Shown here: piece by piece, positions 55,981 through 64,000 of the stretch | Numbering within the stretch: position 1 is the first letter of the stretch | How the letters are laid out: each line of letters begins with the position of its first letter | Assembly (NCBI GenBank): GCA_963806185.1 | Contig: CAWDXE010000001.1 | Coordinates: 800,001-864,000, forward strand | Reading direction: 5' to 3' | From: an uncultured candidate division Zixibacteria bacterium | GTDB taxonomy: Bacteria; Zixibacteria; MSB-5A5; GN15; FEB-12 | DNA length: 64,000 bases | Notes under the pieces: generated by a model | Seen by the model: only the letters and a program-made list of their open reading frames with translations | What the model was told of the DNA's origin: nothing | Databases searched by the model: none | Position numbers and translations under genes: made by a program

Positions 55981-57966
55981 TTACTCGTGCGCGGTCATCG
56001 TTGCGGGGCGCAGGGCATGGGTGCGGTATTCGCGGTAGGCCGTCTGATACCAGGCGATGGCGTCGCGCACCAGGCCCGAATCGGAATCCACCGGCAAGCG
56101 GGTGAATTTGCCGGTATCCGGGTCGCGCGCCCACAATTCTATATCCTGCTTCAGGCCGAGAACGGCGAGTCGATTGTCGCGCAGCAATGCCACGTCGCGA
56201 TTGTGATTCATCAGCGCCCAGGTTTGACCCTCGGCGACATCGAGCAGATTCCGCCCGAAGAACTGGCTTTCATAGCTCACGTTCAACAATCCGAGAATCG
56301 TCGGAGCGACGTCCAGCTGCGATCCGAGAATGTCGACCGGGCGCGCCTCGGGAATTAGTGCCGGGCAGTAGAGCAGTACCGGAATTTCATACGAATCCAT
56401 CGGAATCTGTTGCGCACCGTAGACGCGCGCGCCGTGATCGCCCAAGAACACAAACAGGGTGCTGTCGAAAAATTTGTGTGACCGGGCGTCGCGAATGAAT
56501 TTGCCGATGGCATAATCGGCGTATGACACGGCATTCTCGCGGCGCTGCTGCTTCGGATCGGCCGCGATGCGCCCCTCCGGATAGGTATAGGGCGTGTGAT
56601 TTGAGACCGTCAGCAGGGTCGCGAAGAAGGGCTTCCCGCCTGCGCTCATCGAATCACACACGGTCAGGGCGTTGTTGAACAAGTCCTCGTCGCACACTCC
56701 CCAAATGGTTTTGAACTGCACGTTGCGCATGTCCGTCTGGTCGATCACCCGGTCGAAATCGTTGTTGGCGGCAAAATCACCCAGATTATCAAAGTACGAC
56801 CGACCGCCATAGATGAACGTCGTCTGATACCCCTGCGATTTAAGCACCGACGGCAATGTAAACACATGATGACCGCCGGGGCGACGAACAATCGAGTTGC
56901 CCGGCAACGGCGGGAAACCGGCCAGCGTTGCCTCGATGCCGCGTACGGTTCGATTGCCCGTGGCATAAATGTGGCGCAGGAGCAGGCCGTGCATTGCCAG
57001 GCTGTCAAACTCAGGTGTAAGATGTCCATTCTCGGGGTGAAGCAGGCCGACAAACTTTGAGCCAAAGCTCTCTTCCAACACCAGCACGACATTGAATCGT
57101 CGCGCCTCACCCGCTCCCCGTATCATTCGCCCCTGCGGAACAGACTCGCGAGTGGTGTCAATCACATCGGATTCTTTGCGCACCATATCGCGAACGCGCC
57201 TGTCGGCCTCGGCATCGTCGATACGGGCATAATACGTGTCGTAATCCAGCTCATTGGTACTCAATGCATAGAAGAAACTATAGTAGCCGTTCCCGGCGAT
57301 TTCGTTGAGCACGCGGTTATCAGACACCTGCGTGAAGCGATACGACAGGCCAAAGTAGCCAAGAGCCGCAATCGCAACGTACAGAAGCAGGTATTTGGGC
57401 CACGCACCTCTGGGCTGCGGCAGGACCCGACTGACGAGAATGGTTCGACGCAAATAGTATACGACAAGCAGGGCGATGATCGCCGATGCAATGAGCACCT
57501 GGAAAACCGGATAGGTATCCCAGAGATTGACAAAGACTTCGTGGGGAAAGAGGAGGTAATCGACGGCGACATAGTTGAACCGGGAATCGAATTCGCCGAA
57601 GAAGAAGTATTCCACTACACCCAGATACAACAAGCCAAAGGTATAGATGAAAAAGCCAACCAGCACCAGTCCCCGCACTGTCACCGACTTGAGCCAACGT
57701 TCCGGCAAGATTGTCAGAAAGACAAAGTAGAGTGCGCACAAACAGGCGGCGACAAAGAGATCGAAAAGCAGGCCGACGAGCAGGGCCGGGATGATGGACA
57801 GAAAATCGCCGTGCAGTTCACCTGCCCCGGCAAGAATCAAACTGATTCGAGTAAGTACGCAGACTGCGAGGTAGATACCAACGGCCACGCCCCAACCGGA
57901 ATAGCGGCTGTGAAAGAGAGCGGTGAGGGCACTGCGCGTGCGCGAACTGATTTGAGACAGAACCAT
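55981..57966 (-). CDS. LTA synthase family membrane sulfatase / phosphoglycerol transferase
   Basis: TM N-terminus; LEES, GNRTVRG, TVSNH.PY, GDHG, SQLDVAPT. Confidence 0.88.
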   Translation of the reverse strand: MVLSQISSRTRSALTALFHSRYSGWGVAVGIYLAVCVLTRISLILAGAGELHGDFLSIIPALLVGLLFDLFVAACLCALYFVFLTILPERWLKSVTVRGLVLVGFFIYTFGLLYLGVVEYFFFGEFDSRFNYVAVDYLLFPHEVFVNLWDTYPVFQVLIASAIIALLVVYYLRRTILVSRVLPQPRGAWPKYLLLYVAIAALGYFGLSYRFTQVSDNRVLNEIAGNGYYSFFYALSTNELDYDTYYARIDDAEADRRVRDMVRKESDVIDTTRESVPQGRMIRGAGEARRFNVVLVLEESFGSKFVGLLHPENGHLTPEFDSLAMHGLLLRHIYATGNRTVRGIEATLAGFPPLPGNSIVRRPGGHHVFTLPSVLKSQGYQTTFIYGGRSYFDNLGDFAANNDFDRVIDQTDMRNVQFKTIWGVCDEDLFNNALTVCDSMSAGGKPFFATLLTVSNHTPYTYPEGRIAADPKQQRRENAVSYADYAIGKFIRDARSHKFFDSTLFVFLGDHGARVYGAQQIPMDSYEIPVLLYCPALIPEARPVDILGSQLDVAPTILGLLNVSYESQFFGRNLLDVAEGQTWALMNHNRDVALLRDNRLAVLGLKQDIELWARDPDTGKFTRLPVDSDSGLVRDAIAWYQTAYREYRTHALRPATMTAHE

Positions 57967-58082
57967 CCGGTCGCCCGTAAACCTCCGGTTAATGATCGAT
58001 TGGTAAGCTCTAATTTATACATTCTGACTGAGGAACGCACCGAGTTTTCTATCCGCTCGATATGTTGCAATAATGCAACGGG

Positions 58083-58580
58083 TTACGAGTCTATGCGCGC
58101 GAGTCGCCGGAGTGCTTCATCGGTCACACGGAAAACGGTCCAGTCAGTCTGCGGAACGGCGCCGAGATTCTGATAAAATTCTATAGCCGGTTCATTCCAA
58201 TCCAGCACCGCCCACTCAAATCGTCCGCAATCACGCTCCATTGCGATTTGTGCGAGGCGAACCAGCATCTTTCGACCAAACCCTCGCCCCCGTATTTCGG
58301 GCGCGACATACAGGTCTTCCAGGTATAGCCCCGGTTTACCAAGAAACGTCGAAAAATTATGAAAGAACAACGCAAAGGCCACCGGCTCGCCGTCGTACTC
58401 CCCGATTATGGCCTCCGCCACTTTGCGCCCCCCGAACAGATTGTGCCGCAGCGTGTCCTCTGTGGCAACGACCGCGTGCGCCAACTTCTCGTACTCGGCC
58501 AGTTCCTTGATCAATCGAAGCAACAGCGCGACATCGCTGACAGTTGCTTCGCGGATAACCAACTGCTCGGATGCAGACAT
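58083..58580 (-). CDS. GNAT acetyltransferase (diamine acetyltransferase-like)
   Basis: ELAEYEK, FSTF.G, LEDLYV, RGRGFG, VLDWN.PA..FY. Confidence 0.9.
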   Translation of the reverse strand: MSASEQLVIREATVSDVALLLRLIKELAEYEKLAHAVVATEDTLRHNLFGGRKVAEAIIGEYDGEPVAFALFFHNFSTFLGKPGLYLEDLYVAPEIRGRGFGRKMLVRLAQIAMERDCGRFEWAVLDWNEPAIEFYQNLGAVPQTDWTVFRVTDEALRRLARIDS

Positions 58581-58590
58581 AGCCAATCTC

Positions 58591-59199
58591 CTACCAGATT
58601 TCTTCGTTCAGGCTCCGCCACAGGTACCACGAGGCAACCGAGCGATGCGGCTGCCACCGCTGGGCGAAATCGTCGTATTCGGCGACGGTCTCGAATGCTT
58701 CATACCATTTGTCGATCGCTTTGCGCAGCCCCAGATCAAGCGGCGCGAAAACGTCGGGGCGCGCCAGCACGAAGATCAGGTACATCTGCGCCGACCAGTT
58801 GCCGACACCGATCACCTGCGTCAGTTCGGCGATAACGTCATGATCGGGGATTTTGGCCAAACGGTGGAAATTCACCTGCCCCTGTTCCACCTTGGTCGCG
58901 AGATCGCGAACATATCTGATTTTTCCGCTGGAGAGGCCGGCCGAACGAAGCGAAACGTCATCAATACTCAACAGAGATTCCGGGGTCAGCTTGCGACCGT
59001 CATTGAGCGCGCGTACGCGGCGATTTATGGCATCGGCTGAAGCTCCGGACAGCTGCTGCCCGATAATGATCTCGATCATGCGTCCGAATCCGCCCGGCCG
59101 TCGACAAATCGGACATGGCCCGACGCGCCGGATGATTTTTCGCATGACCGGATCGACCGCGCAAAGATGTCGTTCGGCGTGATGGTTGGCGCTTGGCAT
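58591..59199 (-). CDS. alkA: DNA-3-methyladenine glycosylase II family (HhH-GPD)
   Basis: GQQLS, GLS..K..Y, GVG.WSA.MYL, R.DV....D, WQP.RS.A. Confidence 0.85.
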   Translation of the reverse strand: MPSANHHAERHLCAVDPVMRKIIRRVGPCPICRRPGGFGRMIEIIIGQQLSGASADAINRRVRALNDGRKLTPESLLSIDDVSLRSAGLSSGKIRYVRDLATKVEQGQVNFHRLAKIPDHDVIAELTQVIGVGNWSAQMYLIFVLARPDVFAPLDLGLRKAIDKWYEAFETVAEYDDFAQRWQPHRSVASWYLWRSLNEEIW

Positions 59200-59337
59200 G
59201 CGGAATAATACCGCTTCCCGAACATGGAGCGCAACAGTCTCATCGTCACTTTCGTATTCAATTTTGGTTGCTGACCGACCAGCCGTTGGTGATATTGTCC
59301 GGACAGGTTGCCGCCATTAACTGATTTCGGAGTCAAT

Positions 59338-62295
59338 GTGAATCTGCTATCGAACGATGACACCCGTCCCTTTCCGGTGTTGAGCGCCGGAGTCATGATC
59401 GGCCACTATCAGATCATCGAACGGATAGGAGCAGGTGGCATGGGCGAGGTGTTTCTGGCCGAGGACACCCAGCTTAAACGACGAGTGGCTCTGAAGTTTC
59501 TCCCTCCCCAATTCCTGGCCGAGGAAGACTACAAGACCCGCTTTCGTCGCGAGGCCCAGGCCGCGGCCGCTCTGAATCATCCCAATATCGTGACTATCCA
59601 CGAGGTAGCCGAACACATGGGACGGCCGTATATCGCCATGGAGCACGTCACCGGTCAGTCATTGCGGCAGAAGATTCAGACGGCGCCGCTGGCCATTGAG
59701 GACATTCTCGATCTGGGCATACAGATCGGCGAAGGACTGGCCAAGGCGCATCAACACGGCATCATCCATCGCGATATCAAGTCTATGAACATTCTGGTCG
59801 ACGCTGACGGTCGGGCGCGCATTCTCGATTTCGGACTGGCCGCGGTACAGGGAAGCGAACAGCTCACGCGCGCCGGCTCCACGCTGGGCACGGTGGCCTA
59901 TATGTCGCCGGAGCAGGTACTGGGCAAGCCGACCGATCACCGCTCCGACATTTTTTCGTTTGGCGTCGTACTCTTCGAGATGATCACCGGCCGCCTGCCG
60001 TTCACGCGCGATAACGACATCGCCACAGCCCAGGCGATTGCCAATGATCCGGCGCCACCGCTGCAAAATCTGCGCGCCTCCGCCACACCCGGTCTTCAGG
60101 CGATTATCGACAAGGCCCTGGATAAGGACAATAAGACCCGATATCAGACCGCCAACGATATGGTGGCTGATCTCAGGCGCGAAAAGCGGCTGCTGGATTC
60201 CGGCGCCCGCACAGCGTCGTATTCCGGTTCGGCGCTAGCGACCGCAAAAAAGAAACCGGCGTGGCGGGCAATTGCCCTCTCCGGAACGGCCCTCGTGATC
60301 GTCGTCGCCGCACTTCTCGTCCTGAAACCGTGGCAGTTCGAACTGAAATCGAGCAACGATGCCGTCGCGGGTGAAAACCGGCTCGCCATCATGTATTTCG
60401 ACAATCTGGCCGACCCCGACGATTCCCAGCGCATGGGACAGATCGTCACCGATCTGCTCATCACCGATTTGTCGGAGGCGCAGAATCTCAATGTCGTCTC
60501 CAGTCAGCGCCTCTATGATCTCCTCAAGCAGTTGGGCAAGGAGGGGGTGCGGTCGGTCGACAAGGAGACCGCGTCGCGCGTGGCGGAAAAGGCGCGCGCC
60601 AAGTGGATGCTGACCGGCAAGATTCTTCAGAGCACGCCAAAAGTCGTGCTGACCGCACAGGTGATCGACGTACAGAGCGGCGAAGTGAAGGCATCGAAGC
60701 GGATGGCGAGTAATGACGGCGAAGATATCTTCTCGCTGGTCGATAGACTGACGCTTGAATTGAGCAACGATCTTTCCGCGCCGGTATCCTCCGGACCGTC
60801 CAGTCACGCCCTCGCCGGCGCGACCACTCACTCGCAGGACGCCTATCGGTTGTTCCTCGAGGGCGTCGAGTTGATGATGGAGTTCAAAATGGATCAGGCC
60901 CGCGAGCGGTTTGTCGAGGCGCTCAAATATGATTCGACCATGGCGATGGCCTATTACCTGCTGTCGAACGGCAGTTCCAACGAGCAGGCGCAGGAGTATC
61001 TGGCCAAGGCGGTCAAGTTCGCCGATCGCGCCAGCCAGAAAGAGCGGTGGTATATCGCCAGCCGTCAGGCGGCGTTTAACGGTCGCTCCGATAGCGCCGT
61101 GTACTTTCTCAACCAGATCATCCAGCGCTACCCCGATGACAAAGAGGCGCACTACTTTCTGGCCACCGGGTACAGCGATCAAGGGCGTTTCCCCGAGGCA
61201 ATCGCGGAACTGGAAAAGGTGCTGGCGCTCGATCCCACCTACAAGGTAGCCGTGAATCAGCTCGGGTACATGTATATGCGCACGCAGGAATTTGCCAAAG
61301 CCGAAGACATCTTCAATCGTTACATCGCCATTGTACCGGACGAACCGAACCCGTACGACAGTCGCGCCGATCTCTACGCCTGGACCGGCCGGTTCACTGA
61401 GGCTATAGCCTCGTACAGTCGCACGCTGAAGGTTGATTCGTCCTTCTTCCAGAGCCGCATGAAGCTCTTCTCGCTCTATGTCTGGGTCGGCAACTACGAC
61501 AGCGCGGCGACGCTCATCCCTCGACTCCTGCAGGGAAGGAATGCCGAGGAGGTGGCGTTGGGTCGATCCGGCTCGGCCGCGATCAAGCTGGCACAAGGAC
61601 AATTTCGCGGGGCCTATGACGATATCTCGTCGGAATTCGCTGCCGTGTTCAGGAACGGCAAGCCGGCCGAACAGTTGGTCGGGTATCAGCGACTTTTCGG
61701 CATCGCCTACTACGCGGGCTGGACGGACACCATGAAAGCAGTGCTGCTGCGCATGGAACCGATACTGGCCGCTATCCCCGAGAACATCTTCCGCGGCCGC
61801 GATACCTGGGCGAGGTACTACGCACTGGTGGGTGATAAACAGAAGGCCGACAGCCTACTGACTTCTCTTGAAACCGATCTGCTGGCGAAATTCAAATCGC
61901 TGCCGGACGACTATCTGACAACCCGCGCAGTCCTGGACACTTGGCTGGGACGGCCGGAACGATCGGTCGCCCCGCTCGAACGGATGATGACGAAAATTCC
62001 GCTCCCCTTCGGGTCAGCCGTTCGCCTGTGTCAAGCGTACGTAGCGCTCAAGCAGTACGACAAGGCGATTGTTCTGCTTGAGAAGGCGATGCAGGTCTGC
62101 AATTCCGATTGGCTCTTCTCGGCCACTCTGCACGCTGAAGGGTACTACATGCTGGGGCAAGCGTACGAGGCGACGCAGCAGAATCAGAAGGCGGCCGAGG
62201 CGTACACCAGGTTTCTTGATATCTACAAGAACGCCGATCCGGGCCAGCCGAAGGTGGCTGATGCGCGGGCGCGCCTGGCGAAGTTGAAGGCGTAG
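59338..62295 (+). CDS. Hanks-type Ser/Thr kinase with TM, TolB-like and TPR domains
   Basis: GAGGMG.V, VALK, HRDIK, DFG, YMSPEQ, SDIFS; TPR repeats; start uncertain. Confidence 0.93.
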   Translation: MNLLSNDDTRPFPVLSAGVMIGHYQIIERIGAGGMGEVFLAEDTQLKRRVALKFLPPQFLAEEDYKTRFRREAQAAAALNHPNIVTIHEVAEHMGRPYIAMEHVTGQSLRQKIQTAPLAIEDILDLGIQIGEGLAKAHQHGIIHRDIKSMNILVDADGRARILDFGLAAVQGSEQLTRAGSTLGTVAYMSPEQVLGKPTDHRSDIFSFGVVLFEMITGRLPFTRDNDIATAQAIANDPAPPLQNLRASATPGLQAIIDKALDKDNKTRYQTANDMVADLRREKRLLDSGARTASYSGSALATAKKKPAWRAIALSGTALVIVVAALLVLKPWQFELKSSNDAVAGENRLAIMYFDNLADPDDSQRMGQIVTDLLITDLSEAQNLNVVSSQRLYDLLKQLGKEGVRSVDKETASRVAEKARAKWMLTGKILQSTPKVVLTAQVIDVQSGEVKASKRMASNDGEDIFSLVDRLTLELSNDLSAPVSSGPSSHALAGATTHSQDAYRLFLEGVELMMEFKMDQARERFVEALKYDSTMAMAYYLLSNGSSNEQAQEYLAKAVKFADRASQKERWYIASRQAAFNGRSDSAVYFLNQIIQRYPDDKEAHYFLATGYSDQGRFPEAIAELEKVLALDPTYKVAVNQLGYMYMRTQEFAKAEDIFNRYIAIVPDEPNPYDSRADLYAWTGRFTEAIASYSRTLKVDSSFFQSRMKLFSLYVWVGNYDSAATLIPRLLQGRNAEEVALGRSGSAAIKLAQGQFRGAYDDISSEFAAVFRNGKPAEQLVGYQRLFGIAYYAGWTDTMKAVLLRMEPILAAIPENIFRGRDTWARYYALVGDKQKADSLLTSLETDLLAKFKSLPDDYLTTRAVLDTWLGRPERSVAPLERMMTKIPLPFGSAVRLCQAYVALKQYDKAIVLLEKAMQVCNSDWLFSATLHAEGYYMLGQAYEATQQNQKAAEAYTRFLDIYKNADPGQPKVADARARLAKLKA

Positions 62296-62313
62296 GAGTC
62301 GGGCCACTTCGTA

Positions 62314-62792
62314 GTAGGTCAGGGGCCTCGCGCCCCTGACAGAAGGCTGCACTGCGGCATCAGAATAGAACGTCAGGATCACCCGCTAAGAAGCGGGGAT
62401 CCTGACCTACAAGACACTTACTTCTCCCCAAGGTCATCCCCGCCCTCCCCAATGTCATCCCCGCCCTCCCCAATGTCATCCCCGCCCTCCCCAATGTCAT
62501 CCCCGCCTTGAGCGGGGATCTATCCTCGGCACCAATGCGCCAAGTGACCATCTCTGCACAGCGGGTGTGATCCATCAGCAAAAGAGAGCTGAGAGATCGC
62601 CACGGCGCGAAGCGCGCCTCGCGATGACATCATAGGCGGATTTCATCTGTATTCGCGTATCACGGCGCTCACTCTTCCTCCCTCTCCCTCTGGGAGAGGG
62701 TTGGAGTGAGGGCCAAGTACGCTGAAGCGGCCGGCGAACGAGAGGTACGCCGGCCATAACCGACCGTCAGGCTCGCAGGGAGCCTGACCTAC
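62314..62792. repeat. Mosaic palindromic repeat cluster 9 (between convergent kinase and lysS)
   Basis: GTAGGTCAGG REPs, 21-bp stutter 62433-62521, GTCATCGCGAGG, CCCTCTCCC and GGCGTAC elements. Confidence 0.9.
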
Positions 62793-64000
62793 TTTTTCTC
62801 TTCTTCAATCAGCTGCACCAGAATCTTCGATACCGGCACCGAGCCGTCCTTGGTGTCCTTCATCTGCGGGAAGAAGAGCACGTCGCGGATCGACTGCTGA
62901 TCGGTGAGCAGCATCACCAGCCGATCGATGCCAAACCCCAGCCCGGCGGTCGGCGGCATGCCATACGCCAGCGCGGTGATGAAATCGTCATCGAGCGGCT
63001 GTGCTTCCTCGTCACCGGCCTCCATCGCCTTCCCCTGCTGCAGGAAGCGATTGAGCTGATCGACCGGATCGTTCAGCTCGCTGAACGCATTCCCCATTTC
63101 CTGACCGCAGATAAACAGTTCAAACCGTTCGGTAAAGCGCGGGTCGGTGCGATGGCGCTTGGCCAACGGAGAGATTTCCACCGGGTGATCGGCAATGAAC
63201 GTCGGCTGTATCAGATTCGGTTCAACCTTCGCCTCCCATACCGCCTCGATCACCTTGCCGAGATTGATCATCCCTTCTTCGGGCATGTGCAGCTTTTTCG
63301 CCGCATCCTTGGCCTGTTCGAATGACAGTTCGGTGAAATCGACTCCGGTCGCCTCCTTCACCGAATCAACCATCGATACCCAGCGGAACTTCGGTTCGAA
63401 ATCAATCTCCTGACCGCCGAACGTGATCTTGTACTTACCATACAATGCGAACACCGTGTGCCGGAGCATCTCTTCGTAGAATGCCGCCATGTCGTGATAA
63501 TCGGCATACGCCCAGTACAGCTCGATCATCGAGAATTCCGGATTGTGCTTGCGGTCCATCCCTTCGTTGCGGAAATCCTTGCAGAACTCCCAGACCTTTT
63601 CGATACCCGCCGACAATCAACCGCTTAAGGTACAGTTCGTCGGCAATTCGCATGTACATCGGGATATCGAGCGTGTTGTGATGCGTCTTGAACGGGCGCG
63701 CCGACGCCCCGCCATAGAGCGGCTGAAGAATCGGCGTCTCCACTTCGAGAAATCCCTTATTATTCAGATAGTCGCGCAGGATCTGAATAATCTTTGAACG
63801 CTGCACAAACGTCGCACGAACGTCCGGGTTGACGATCAGGTCGGCGTAGCGGCGGCGGTAGCGCGTCTCAATATCGGTGAGACCCGAATGTTTGTCCGGA
63901 AGCGGGTGCAGTGACTTGGACAGCAGCTGAAAGGAGCTGACTTTGACCGTCCGCTCACCGGTGCGCGTGACGAAAACGTTACCCTGGCAGCCGATGATAT
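62789..64000 (-). CDS. lysS: Lysyl-tRNA synthetase, 3' part (frameshift near 63610)
   Basis: [33 protein letters not shown]. Confidence 0.97.

Overview
Bacterial chromosomal segment of roughly 55-60% GC (by eye) with most genes on the minus strand. It resembles candidate phylum Zixibacteria (S8 protease with a paired dockerin-like tail, Ser/Thr kinase-TPR protein, large secreted proteins); this is inference only. Housekeeping genes: ffh-rpsP-khpA-rimM-trmD-rplS, rsmB, tsaD, rpmA, fumC, aqpZ, mcsA-mcsB-clpC, lolE/lolD-type ABC genes, hppA and a partial lysS. Accessory loci: an RLAN / RimK-type ATP-grasp / GNAT-C39 peptidase / archease cluster, a four-gene lipoprotein and L,D-transpeptidase cluster, an M1-like protein lacking its zinc motif, and alkylation-repair genes. 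Several essential genes contain frameshifts that look like long-read assembly errors. The most striking structure is non-coding. About nine intergenic gaps are mosaics of roughly ten short palindromic repeat families (GTAG-, GTCA/CGTC- and ATG-tagged, plus a CCCTCTCCC family). Unrelated families share a TTCTTA apical loop, several show 5'-half 'stutter' arrays ending in oligo-C, and some form fixed composites or BIME-like doublets. One REP-associated HUH transposase (RAYT) sits between two direct 69-bp tandem arrays. Candidate promoters of two secreted proteins carry a G-quadruplex motif and a poly-G spacer. No rRNA, tRNA or CRISPR array was recognised.
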